In this document: positions 12,285 through 20,597 of the stretch, in pieces
Numbering within the stretch: position 1 is the first letter of the stretch
Layout: every line of letters begins with the position of its first letter
From: Prochlorococcaceae cyanobacterium
Lineage (GTDB): Bacteria; Cyanobacteriota; Cyanobacteriia; PCC-6307; Cyanobiaceae
Direction: 5' to 3'
Assembly: GCA_049421025.1 (NCBI GenBank)
Contig: JBMSMG010000001.1
Location: 1 to 61,488, forward strand
Length of the DNA: 61,488 nt
The notes under the pieces: model-generated
The model's database searches: none
Told to the model about the DNA's origin: nothing
Seen by the model: only the letters and a program-made list of their open reading frames with translations
Made by a program: the position numbers and the translations under genes

Positions 12285-13665
12285 GATGGGTGTCGGCCAG
12301 CTGGGCCAAGCTCTGGGCCCAGTGATCGACATCGGCCTGGCTGGCCGCTTCGACCATCACCCGCAGCAACGGTTCGGTGCCGCTGGCACGCACCAGCACG
12401 CGCCCTTCAGCTCCCATGGACACTTCGGCTTGCTCGATCGCCTCACGCAGCGGCTCGCACTGATGCCACTGGGTGCGGCGCTCGCGATCGCTCACGGTGA
12501 CGTTGACCAGCAGCTGGGGATAGGCCGCAAAGCTCTGATCCAGCCACTCAGCCAAGGTCAGGCCACGCGCCTGAATCAAGGTGGCCACCTGCAGGGCCGT
12601 GAGCAGGCCGTCACCGCTCATGCCATGGCGGGCCGAGAGAATGTGCCCGGACTGCTCGCCGCCAAGGCCAGCACCGAGCTCTTCCATCGCCTGGTGCACG
12701 TATTGATCACCCACGGCCGTGCGCTCGAGCAGACCGCCCTTGGCCTGCCAGGCGCGCTCGAACCCGAGGTTGGACATGACCGTGGCGACCAGGCGCCGAT
12801 CGGGCAGCTCATCAGCCTCGAGCAGGGCTGAGCCCCACAAATACAGAATTTGATCGCCATCAAAGACGCGGCCGCGGCCGTCGACGGCGAGCATGCGATC
12901 GGCATCGCCGTCAAAGGCGAAGCCCATCGCCGCACCACTGGCCATGACGGCCTGGCGCAAAGGCTCGAGATGGGTGCTGCCGCAGCCCACGTTGATGCGC
13001 TGACCGTCGGCGGTGCCGTGCAGCACCTGCACCTCGGCGCCCAGCGCGCGAAACACGGCCTCGCTGCAGGCGGTGGCAGACCCCCAGCACAGATCGAGCA
13101 CGATGCGGCAGCCATCGAGCCGTTGGCCAGCCACGCTCTGCCAGAGGCTGTTCTGGTAATCGAGCAACAGTCCGGGGCGCTCATGCACCGTGCCGATCGG
13201 CGCAAAGCCGTGGTCGCGGGCGATGGGATCGCCGCGCAGACCGGCTTCGATCGCCTGTTGCTGCACCTTGGGCAGCTTGGCGCCAGAGGCGCCAAACACC
13301 TTGATGCCGTTGTCGTGAGGTGGGTTGTGGCTGGCTGACACCATCAAGCCACCGGCAGCACCTGTGCGCCGCACCGACAGGGGAACCGCCGGCGTTGGGC
13401 AGAGGCCCAGGTTCCAGACCTGACGGCCGGCTGCCGTGAGCCCAGCACTGAGCGCTGCCGCCAGCATCGGCCCACTGGAGCGGGAATCCATGCCGATGAC
13501 AACAGGCCCCTCGGCCTTGAGCACCTGACCGCACCAGTACCCCAGCTGCAACGCCAGGGCCGGGGTGACCTGCTCGCCCACACGGCCTCGCACGCCATCG
13601 GTGCCGAACCCGGTAAAAGCCTCGCCCAGAGGTGCGCCGATCGGATGCGGTGCTCCGCTGGTCAT
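12271..13665 (-). CDS. glmM: phosphoglucosamine mutase
   Basis: [11 protein letters not shown], the active-site loop [22 protein letters not shown] and GEQSGH. Start at ATG(13665). Confidence 0.9.
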   Translation of the reverse strand: MTSGAPHPIGAPLGEAFTGFGTDGVRGRVGEQVTPALALQLGYWCGQVLKAEGPVVIGMDSRSSGPMLAAALSAGLTAAGRQVWNLGLCPTPAVPLSVRRTGAAGGLMVSASHNPPHDNGIKVFGASGAKLPKVQQQAIEAGLRGDPIARDHGFAPIGTVHERPGLLLDYQNSLWQSVAGQRLDGCRIVLDLCWGSATACSEAVFRALGAEVQVLHGTADGQRINVGCGSTHLEPLRQAVMASGAAMGFAFDGDADRMLAVDGRGRVFDGDQILYLWGSALLEADELPDRRLVATVMSNLGFERAWQAKGGLLERTAVGDQYVHQAMEELGAGLGGEQSGHILSARHGMSGDGLLTALQVATLIQARGLTLAEWLDQSFAAYPQLLVNVTVSDRERRTQWHQCEPLREAIEQAEVSMGAEGRVLVRASGTEPLLRVMVEAASQADVDHWAQSLAQLADTHLNAA

Positions 13666-13704
13666 GGGTCCAACCTTCACGATGCCGCAGGCTACGCCGA
13701 AGCT

Positions 13705-14028
13705 TTATCGCCAGCGCCGCGGCCACCACAGCCAGATCAACAGCTCAAGCAAAGCCCAGACCAAAAGCAGCCCCACCAGCCATCCGGGCAACAGGCGCAG
13801 GGGCCACAGGGGCCTTAGCACCATCAGCAGACCGGCGGCGGCCCAGACCCGCAGCGCGCGCTGGCGCTGCTGCCAGCCGGGCAGGCTGGTCAAGCTGGCC
13901 GGCAACGCTGCATGCAAGCGCTCAACAGCAGGCTGCAAGTAGCGCAACAGCTCTGGCACACGAGGCAGGGCGGCTCTCCCCAGAATGGCTTGAGCGTTGC
14001 GCATCTGGGCTGCCTTTGCGGTTCGCAT
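13705..14028 (-). CDS. hypothetical Trp/Leu-rich tail-anchored membrane protein (107 aa)
   Basis: ATG...TAA ORF with G/C-dominated third positions (my manual tally is roughly three quarters). The C-terminus is hydrophobic: LLMVLRPLWPLRLLPGWLVGLLLVWALLELLIWLWWPRRWR. The competing plus-strand reading (track 13632..) is Ala/Arg/Ser-rich low complexity here. The start could instead be ATG(14004). Confidence 0.35.
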   Translation of the reverse strand: MRTAKAAQMRNAQAILGRAALPRVPELLRYLQPAVERLHAALPASLTSLPGWQQRQRALRVWAAAGLLMVLRPLWPLRLLPGWLVGLLLVWALLELLIWLWWPRRWR

Positions 14029-15968
14029 TTCTGCTGACGGCCTTAAGCGCAGGGGTGCTCGCCAGCCTGGCGGCGGGCCGGGCGCTGCTGGTGCAGTTGC
14101 CGCGGCCCACGCCGGCGGGCAGTGCCGCGGGTTTGTCGATTGAGCAGCGCTTGGCGCTCAACCCGCTGCGGCGGCGCGAGGCGGCCCTGCTGCTCGCATC
14201 CCGCAGCAACAGTGAGCCCAGTCACAAGCAACGCCTGCTGCGCAGCCAGGGCTGGGGCCTGGACCCCCTGGCCGCCGTTGTGCTCAAACATCAGGCCCTG
14301 ACAGAAGTCGCTCTGGGCCAAGCCCAGCAGGCCAAGACGGCTTGGCAGCTGCTGCAAAGGCGCCACGGCTCCGTTCCAGCCAGCGCTGATGCCCTCTATG
14401 CGCTTGGCCAGCGCCGCACCTTGCTGCAGCGCTGGCCGGCCCACCCCGCAGCCCTGGCTGCTGCCAGTGAACAGGCCGACCTGGCTGGCGCCCTGCACCT
14501 GGCCCGCTGGGGAGCCCGCTGGCCCGGCGCCGCTGAGCGCATCAACACAACCTGCCTGCAACCAAAACTGAGCGAAGCGCAGCGGCAGCAACTGGCCCAG
14601 GGACTGGCTGAGCTGGGCGCCGCAGCAGACGCCGAGGCCTGCCTGGCCGGCGCCACACCCCTACCAGCAACCGCCCTGCTGCTCGCTGATGCCGACCTGC
14701 ACAGCGCCAATGCCGATCAGCAGCAGCGCGGGACGGCGCGCCTGCTGCAGCTGCTCAACCACCAGCCCAGCTCGACTGCAGCCAAGAGCGCCGCTGCAAT
14801 GCTGGCCGCCTCAGACACCCCAGCGGCCCAGGGCGCCCTGGCCAACCTGCCGGCGCGGTGGCAGGCCAGCGCCGCGGTGCAGGCCAGCGCGGCAAAACAG
14901 GCTCAAAACAACGCTGCTGCGATCGCCGTAGTGCAGCGCTGGCCGCGCGATGCGTCCAGCTGGGAGCTGCAGTGGCACAGAGCACGCCTCAACGCACTGG
15001 CAGGACGCTGGCGCGAAGCGCTCGAGCTGCTGCGGGCCGGCGGGCCAGCACTCGAGGCGAGCATGCCCGCGGCCCTGCAGGCGCGCCGCGAGTTCTGGCT
15101 GGGCTTGAGCCTTTTGCAACTGGGCGAGCCGACGCCCGCACGCCGCCATTGGCAACAGATTGTGCAGCGCTGGCCAGGCGGCTACTACGGCTGGCGCGCC
15201 GCCGCCCGCCTGGGGCTCAAGCAGCAGACAACGCCTGCAGGAGCGGCCCCAAGCTGGAGACCGCTCCAGAGCGGAGATGCGCAGGTCGATCGGCTCTGGC
15301 GGCTGGGTCAGCCGCTTGAGGCCTTTGAGCATTGGCGGGCCATGCGCCGCGGCCGCCCTGCAAGCCAGAGCCGCGCCCTGCAGGCCGAAGGGCGCCTGCG
15401 CGAAGCCATCGGCGATGGCTGGGCGGGCCTGGGCCAGCAGGAGCTGGCCGCCCTGCGGGCGCCTGCTGCTGACTGCCAGCTGCAACAGCTGATCGAGCAC
15501 AGCCGCTACCAGGTGCGCCAACACCAGTCCCTCAGCAAAGCTGCACGCAGCGAACAGATGCCGCTGCACCTGCTGCTGGGTGTTGCCAAACAGGAATCGC
15601 GGTTTCAAAGCAACGTGCGCTCTGTGGTCGGTGCGCAGGGCCTGCTGCAACTGATGCCTGAGACCGCTGCTGAAGTGCATGGCTCAGCATTGAGCGAAGC
15701 GCAACTCAGTGATCCCCAGCTCAACGCCCGCCTGGGTGCGCGCTATCTCAAGCAGCTGCTGCAGCGCTGGGGCGGCAACACAGTGCTGGCGGTGGCCAGT
15801 TACAACGCAGGCCCCAACGCGGTGGTCCGCTGGCTGACGCCCCAGCTCGAGCAGGTACCCGAGCTCTGGGTAGAGGCGATTCCCTACCCAGAAACGCGTC
15901 ATTACGTCAAAACCGTGCTTGGCAACAGCTGGAGTTTCAGCGCCCCGCGCTTGCCCCGCTGCCGCTGA
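14016..15968 (+). CDS. soluble lytic murein transglycosylase (Slt70-like)
   Basis: C-terminal SLT domain: LLLGVAKQESRFQSNVRSVVGAQGLLQLMPETA ... ASYNAGPNAV ... YVKTVL, preceded by an Ala/Leu-rich superhelical region. The start is uncertain. TTG(14016) gives a signal-peptide-like MRFAFLLTALSAGVLASLAAGRA; the track start at 13632 overlaps glmM. Confidence 0.75.
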   Translation: MRFAFLLTALSAGVLASLAAGRALLVQLPRPTPAGSAAGLSIEQRLALNPLRRREAALLLASRSNSEPSHKQRLLRSQGWGLDPLAAVVLKHQALTEVALGQAQQAKTAWQLLQRRHGSVPASADALYALGQRRTLLQRWPAHPAALAAASEQADLAGALHLARWGARWPGAAERINTTCLQPKLSEAQRQQLAQGLAELGAAADAEACLAGATPLPATALLLADADLHSANADQQQRGTARLLQLLNHQPSSTAAKSAAAMLAASDTPAAQGALANLPARWQASAAVQASAAKQAQNNAAAIAVVQRWPRDASSWELQWHRARLNALAGRWREALELLRAGGPALEASMPAALQARREFWLGLSLLQLGEPTPARRHWQQIVQRWPGGYYGWRAAARLGLKQQTTPAGAAPSWRPLQSGDAQVDRLWRLGQPLEAFEHWRAMRRGRPASQSRALQAEGRLREAIGDGWAGLGQQELAALRAPAADCQLQQLIEHSRYQVRQHQSLSKAARSEQMPLHLLLGVAKQESRFQSNVRSVVGAQGLLQLMPETAAEVHGSALSEAQLSDPQLNARLGARYLKQLLQRWGGNTVLAVASYNAGPNAVVRWLTPQLEQVPELWVEAIPYPETRHYVKTVLGNSWSFSAPRLPRCR

Positions 15969-16481
15969 TCAGGCTGCCCAGAACCCTGCGAGATGGCGCC
16001 CCACGGCTGAGCCAAACAGCACCAGCACGCTGAGCGCTAGAGCGCTCAGCCAGGGCGGGGGCAACAGGCGCAAACGCACCAAATCAAGACGTGCCAGCAA
16101 CACAGCCGAAGCCAGGATCAGCACATTGGCCAGCACATTGAGATGCAGGAGATACAGGCCCCCGATCGTGACGATCAGCAAGGTGAACACCAGGCTGATC
16201 ACCCTGGAAGCCGCCATCAACGACGACACCCGCTGCAACAGCAGCTCAGGCATGGTGCACACAAACACCACTAGGACGGCGTGCAGACAATCAATCGACC
16301 AAAACACCTCGGCGAACCAACCGCCCGACAACTGCTGATGGGCCTCGCTGAGGCTCCAATGTGCCCCCAGGTACACCGAGATCGCCAGCAGCAGGAGCAG
16401 CAGCGGCGCCCGAACCGGCAGCAGCAACAGCCCCAGCAGGCGTGCCAGACGCTCCAGAGCTGCTGAAGAGCTGCGCATCAC
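15969..16481 (-). CDS. hypothetical multi-pass membrane protein (170 aa)
   Basis: Four to five hydrophobic helices. Its start overlaps the upstream gene's stop by 4 nt (ATGA), implying an operon with the NIL-ferredoxin gene. Confidence 0.5.
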   Translation of the reverse strand: MMRSSSAALERLARLLGLLLLPVRAPLLLLLLAISVYLGAHWSLSEAHQQLSGGWFAEVFWSIDCLHAVLVVFVCTMPELLLQRVSSLMAASRVISLVFTLLIVTIGGLYLLHLNVLANVLILASAVLLARLDLVRLRLLPPPWLSALALSVLVLFGSAVGRHLAGFWAA

Positions 16482-16927
16482 GCCCGCTCCACTGACGGTT
16501 GGATGGTGACGGTCACAGGCTGGTCCAACCCAAGCGAAATGGCATCAAAGGGACAGCTGGGAATGCACTGCTCACAGACCAGACAACGGTCGGCATGAAA
16601 CACCAGCTGCCAGTTTGGAGCGCTGAACTGCAACGCACCGCTGGGGCAAACACTTGAGCACAGACCGCAATCGACGCAGCGAGCGGCATCGATGCGAAGC
16701 TGACCTGGGGCGCGATCCAACCTGAGCCCCTGACGCTCAAGCCACTGCTCTGCAGCATTGAGCTCATCGATGTCGCCCGAGAGCTCAACCACCATGGTGC
16801 CGCTCTGATTGGGCGCCACCTGCGCCCGCAGGATCTTGGCCGCCACGTCAAAGTCAACGGCCAGCCGATAGGTGAGCGGCTGGTGCACCGCTTCGCGCGG
16901 CACATGCAGCGTGAGACGGCGCTTCAT
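16478..16927 (-). CDS. NIL-domain protein fused to a 2x[4Fe-4S] ferredoxin domain
   Basis: From ATG(16927): MKRRLTLHVPREAVHQPLTYRLAVDFDVAAKILRAQV...GTMVVELSG (NIL-like), then CVDCGLCSSVCP and CLVCEQCIPSCP cluster motifs. Confidence 0.75.
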   Translation of the reverse strand: MKRRLTLHVPREAVHQPLTYRLAVDFDVAAKILRAQVAPNQSGTMVVELSGDIDELNAAEQWLERQGLRLDRAPGQLRIDAARCVDCGLCSSVCPSGALQFSAPNWQLVFHADRCLVCEQCIPSCPFDAISLGLDQPVTVTIQPSVERA

Positions 16928-17025
16928 CGCTCCACAACCCGCATCAGCCAGGCCCTGTGCGCCGACCGTAGCAACCGTTCTGCTGCCAGAGTGCACCAGC
17001 AGCTGTGGTGCCTGCCGCAACCGTC

Positions 17026-17577
17026 ATGAACGAGACCCTGGGCCGGCGTGAGAGAGCCTTGCTAGGAGCCATCGCCGCTGCCCTGCTGGTGGCGCTGATT
17101 TGGTTGCGCGGCGGGCTGCAACCAGCGGCGCCTTTGGAGCAACTGGCACGCCAGTCGCTGGATCTACCCGTGGCCTTGAGCAACGGACGGCCCACGATCG
17201 TCGAGTTCTATGCCGACTGGTGCGAGGCCTGCAGAGCCATGGCGCCTGCCATGGCCAAGGTGGAGCAACAACACCAGGGATCTCTCGACGTGGTGCTGCT
17301 CAACGTCGACAACCCCCGTTGGCAACCGGAACTGGATCGCTACGGAGTCAATGGCATTCCGCAACTTGAGTTGTTTGACAGCCGTGGCGACGCTGTAGGC
17401 CGCTCGATCGGTGCGCGCCAACTGGCCGAGCTCGAAGCCATTGGTGACGCCCTGATCGCCGAGTCTCCGCTGCCCCAACTGGCAGGCATGGGTGCCATCA
17501 GCACCTTGAGCAGTGACAACGCGCTGCGAGCCGAGACGAACCCTGCCACGATGGCCTCACCTCGTAGTCACGGCTGA
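17026..17577 (+). CDS. txlA: thioredoxin-like membrane-anchored protein
   Basis: N-terminal TM helix, then PTIVEFYADWCEACRAM (WCxxC) and GIPQLELF, as in cyanobacterial TxlA. Start at ATG(17026). Confidence 0.75.
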   Translation: MNETLGRRERALLGAIAAALLVALIWLRGGLQPAAPLEQLARQSLDLPVALSNGRPTIVEFYADWCEACRAMAPAMAKVEQQHQGSLDVVLLNVDNPRWQPELDRYGVNGIPQLELFDSRGDAVGRSIGARQLAELEAIGDALIAESPLPQLAGMGAISTLSSDNALRAETNPATMASPRSHG

Positions 17578-17587
17578 CGCCCTTTCC

Positions 17588-18319
17588 ATGCCGATGGATC
17601 CCCGCTTCCGGGTGGAGCTGATCGCAGCCACCCCCAACCCCCAGCAATGTGTGTATGCGGGCATGCACCAGGACTACAGCGAAGGGTTTGTGGCTGCAGC
17701 CCGCAGCGACTGGCCTGATGAAACCCGCGCCGGCGAGATTTGCGTCAAGCGCCTGCTAGCCGGCGAACGCGGGCACTACGGCCCACTGGAGCACGCCCAG
17801 ATCGTGCTCAACGTGGGCTGGTTTCCGCACTCGGTGATGCAACAGGCCCGCACCCACCGCGTGGGTGTGAGCTTTGACGTGCAGTCGATGCGCTACACCG
17901 GCGAGCGCATCTGCCGCGCAGCCAACGGCGAGATCGAACTGGAAGAGGTGTTCTATCTACGTCCTGTTGGCGACTACAGCGACCGCCAAGGCAAGAAGTA
18001 TCACTACGACGACGCGCAACGCAGCAAAGACCTGGAACTCTGCCGCGCGGCTGCCGAGCGCTACCGCGATCTGCTGGCAGCCGGCTATGCCGAAGAACAT
18101 GCCCGCGGCATCTTGCCGTTTGATTACCGCCAGCACTTTGTGGTGAGTTTTTCGCTGCGGGCCTTTCTGCACTTCATGGACCTGCGCGCCAAGCTCGATG
18201 CCCAAGAAGAAATCCGCGACCTCTGCGACCTGATGTGGCCGCACATGGTCAGCTGGGCACCACAATTTGCCGCCTGGTACGAAAAGAGCCGCCTGCATAA
18301 GGCCAGGCTCGCGCCCTAG
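17588..18319 (+). CDS. thyX: FAD-dependent thymidylate synthase
   Basis: ThyX motif RTHRVGVSFDVQSMRY (RHRxxS...S.RY) plus typical N-terminal VELIAATPNP. Start at ATG(17588). Confidence 0.9.
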   Translation: MPMDPRFRVELIAATPNPQQCVYAGMHQDYSEGFVAAARSDWPDETRAGEICVKRLLAGERGHYGPLEHAQIVLNVGWFPHSVMQQARTHRVGVSFDVQSMRYTGERICRAANGEIELEEVFYLRPVGDYSDRQGKKYHYDDAQRSKDLELCRAAAERYRDLLAAGYAEEHARGILPFDYRQHFVVSFSLRAFLHFMDLRAKLDAQEEIRDLCDLMWPHMVSWAPQFAAWYEKSRLHKARLAP

Positions 18320-18342
18320 GGGGCAGGCACCTAGCTCAGGCG

Positions 18343-18936
18343 TTAAACCTTGGCGAGGGTGACGCGCTCTGGCTGGTGCTGGTATTTGCCGGCGCGATCA
18401 CGGTAGGTGGTTTCGCAGGGATCACCTTCGAAGAACAACAACTGGCAGATGCCCTCATTGGCGTAGATGCGGCAATCGGCTCCTGAGGAGTTGCTGAACT
18501 CCAGGGTCAGATGTCCCTCCCAGCTGGCCTCGGCAGGGGTGGTGTTGACGATGATGCCGAGCCTTGCGTAAGTGCTCTTGCCCAGACAGATCACGGTGAT
18601 GTTGGGCGGCACGTGCATCTTCTCGAGCGCCACGCCCAGCCCGTAGGAATGGGCCGGCAGGATGAAATAGCTGCCGTCCTCATCTTCATGCAAGGGCGCC
18701 GGCTCCAGGTTGGCGGGGTTGAACCGCTTGGGGTTCATCACGGTGCCTGGCACGTGCCGGAAGATCAGAAATTCCTTGGCCGACAGTCGCAGGTCATAGC
18801 CGTAGGAGGAGCAGCCGAAACTCAGCACAGGATCGGCTTTGTTATCGGGATCGAGATGGCGCACCAGGGTGGGCTGGAACGGCTCGAGCATGCCGCTGCG
18901 AGCCATTTCGTTGATCCAACGGTCGTTCTTGAGCAT
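18343..18936 (-). CDS. dcd: dCTP deaminase
   Basis: MLKNDRWINEMA...GMLEPF..., SSYGYDLRL, ...LEFSNSS...IYANEGICQLLFF are classic Dcd blocks. Confidence 0.9.
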   Translation of the reverse strand: MLKNDRWINEMARSGMLEPFQPTLVRHLDPDNKADPVLSFGCSSYGYDLRLSAKEFLIFRHVPGTVMNPKRFNPANLEPAPLHEDEDGSYFILPAHSYGLGVALEKMHVPPNITVICLGKSTYARLGIIVNTTPAEASWEGHLTLEFSNSSGADCRIYANEGICQLLFFEGDPCETTYRDRAGKYQHQPERVTLAKV

Positions 18937-19568
18937 CAGAAACCTCGGCGCAACTCGGTAACCTGATCAGCCATCGCCATCAAGGGCTCGGGGATCGACG
19001 GTCCGGTGAGAATGACATCCATCTGGGCCGGGCGCTGCTCAAGGGTGGCGATCACGTGTTGTTGATCGAGGTAGCCGTAGCTGATCGCTAGGCCCAGCTC
19101 ATCGAGCACCATCAAATCAACGGAGCCAGCCAGCAACAGCTCAGCGCAGTGCTCCCACAGTGCAGCGATCGCCTCGGCATGCGCCTGTTCATCGGCAGAA
19201 CCTGCAGCCGCTGGCGCATCAACGCAAAGCGGCATGGCCGGGCGCATCCACTGCAGCCGGCCACACAGGCTCAAGGCCTGAGCGGCACCTTGATCAACCC
19301 CACCTTTGAGAAACTGACTGATCAGCACACGACTGCCCAACCCCGCTGCCCGCAGCGCCTGACTGAGCACGCTGGGAACACTGCCGCGAAAGGGAGCGGT
19401 ATGGACCTGCAGCAACCCCTCGGGCTGGGACACCAGGCGCAACACCGGCGCAGCCTGCGTCTGGGGCAGCGCATGCAGAGCCCGCTGGGGCCGATGGGCG
19501 TGCCCCGCTGCCTGCGGGAGGCTATTGGAGAGGCTGGCGGTCATCGAATCCCCAGACGGCGGCCGCAT
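18936..19568 (-). CDS. CobA/CobO/BtuR-family (corrinoid adenosyltransferase-like) protein with degenerate P-loop
   Basis: VLISQFLKG, DLMVLDELGLAISYGYL, VILTGPSIPEPLMAMADQVTELR align with CobA. The position of the CobA P-loop (GNGKGKTT) reads TAPFRGSV. The stop shares one base with the dcd start (TGATG). The start could be ATG(19544). Confidence 0.7.
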   Translation of the reverse strand: MRPPSGDSMTASLSNSLPQAAGHAHRPQRALHALPQTQAAPVLRLVSQPEGLLQVHTAPFRGSVPSVLSQALRAAGLGSRVLISQFLKGGVDQGAAQALSLCGRLQWMRPAMPLCVDAPAAAGSADEQAHAEAIAALWEHCAELLLAGSVDLMVLDELGLAISYGYLDQQHVIATLEQRPAQMDVILTGPSIPEPLMAMADQVTELRRGF

Positions 19569-19625
19569 GGGCGCATGAACCTGAATGTAGCGGGCTCAGG
19601 CACATTCACAAGCAGCGCACACCAC

Positions 19626-19655
19626 CTGTAGTGGCATACAGATGAACCACTACAG
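19626..19655. repeat. perfect 9-bp inverted repeat CTGTAGTGG-N12-CCACTACAG in the cobO-like/ntcA divergent intergenic region
   Basis: Read directly: 19626-19634 is the reverse complement of 19647-19655. Confidence 0.8.
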
Positions 19656-19671
19656 CCACGGCTTCAAAACC

Positions 19672-19713
19672 GTGTGATTTGCTACAAGCGACTGCCCAAG
19701 CGCTCCGTAGTTT
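19672..19713 (+). promoter_or_regulatory. putative NtcA-activated promoter of ntcA (NtcA box GTG-N8-TAC plus -10 TAGTTT)
   Basis: GTGTGATTTGCTAC at 19672-19685 (consensus GTAN8TAC, one mismatch). Exactly 22 nt downstream lies TAGTTT (19708-19713, TAN3T type). ntcA ATG is at 19810. This is the canonical class-II NtcA promoter geometry. Confidence 0.5.
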
Positions 19714-19809
19714 CCGCTCATTCGTCTCGCCCCGATGGTCGGCGCCACCCGCGGGTTCAGCCGCTACCCCAGCACCCCTTCCAGCGGATCTCCCGGAGCC
19801 GTCGCAGCC

Positions 19810-20475
19810 ATGGGAGCTGCAGCGCAGGCGAGCCTCACCCTGGTTGAGGTCATCCGCGGGCTGGCCGGCAGCAGCGTTGAAACCATTGAGCGCGGCAAGA
19901 CGATCTTCTTTCCGGGCGATCCAGCCGAGCGTGTGTATCTGATCCGGCGGGGGGCTGTGCGCCTCTCACGGGTGTACGAATCGGGTGAGGAGATCACCGT
20001 GGCGCTGCTGCGCGAGAACAGCCTCTTTGGGGTGTTGTCGCTGCTGACCGGACAACGTTCTGATCGCTTCTATCACGCCATCGCCTTCACCCGCGTCGAG
20101 ATGGTGAGCGCACCAGCTGGCTCGGTCCGCAAGGCGATCGAAGAGGACGCCAGCGTCGGGCTGCTGCTGCTGCAGGGTCTGTCCTCACGCATCCTGCAGA
20201 CCGAAACCATGATCGAAACCCTCACGCACCGCGACATGTCGTCGCGGTTGGTGAGCTTTCTTTTGGTGCTGTGCCGCGATTTTGGTGTTCCAGGCAATGC
20301 CGGCATCACCATTGATCTACGCCTGTCGCACCAGGCGATCGCTGAGGCGATCGGCTCCACCCGCGTGACGATCACGCGCCTGCTGGGCGACCTGCGCCAG
20401 GAAGGCCTGCTGCAGATCGATCGCAAAAAAATCACTGTGTTTGATCCGATCGCTCTAGCCAAGCGATTCAGCTGA
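19810..20475 (+). CDS. ntcA: global nitrogen regulator NtcA (CRP/FNR family)
   Basis: 221 aa from ATG(19810): ...[50 protein letters not shown]...[31 protein letters not shown] is near-invariant NtcA sequence including the HTH. Confidence 0.92.
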   Translation: MGAAAQASLTLVEVIRGLAGSSVETIERGKTIFFPGDPAERVYLIRRGAVRLSRVYESGEEITVALLRENSLFGVLSLLTGQRSDRFYHAIAFTRVEMVSAPAGSVRKAIEEDASVGLLLLQGLSSRILQTETMIETLTHRDMSSRLVSFLLVLCRDFGVPGNAGITIDLRLSHQAIAEAIGSTRVTITRLLGDLRQEGLLQIDRKKITVFDPIALAKRFS

Positions 20476-20530
20476 ACGTTTCGCCGACACGTGTCAGCTG
20501 ACACGTTCAGTTGACACGTTCAGCTGACAG
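20468..20530. repeat. tandem 13-mer / palindrome block immediately after ntcA
   Basis: The block reads CCGACACGTGTCAG | CTGACACGTTCAG | TTGACACGTTCAG | CTGACAG (20484-20530). It contains the palindrome GACACGTGTC (20486-20495). A 12-bp inverted repeat pairs TCAGCTGAACGT (20468-20479) with ACGTTCAGCTGA (20516-20527). Confidence 0.8.
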
Positions 20531-20597
20531 ATCGCAGCAAAACAGCCCAAGGGGGCTTGCACGCCAGAGATACTGAGGCTTCTGCTGCGGTGCTGGC

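Noticed and set aside
19628-19641. TGTA-GTGGCA-TACA as an NtcA/CRP-type site.
   Set aside because: The spacing is N6 between TGTA and TACA rather than the N8 required for NtcA boxes. The properly spaced GTG-N8-TAC at 19672 is the better candidate.
20484-20530. The tandem 13-mers as a mini CRISPR array.
   Set aside because: The units are contiguous with no spacers, are only 13 nt long, and no cas genes are present.
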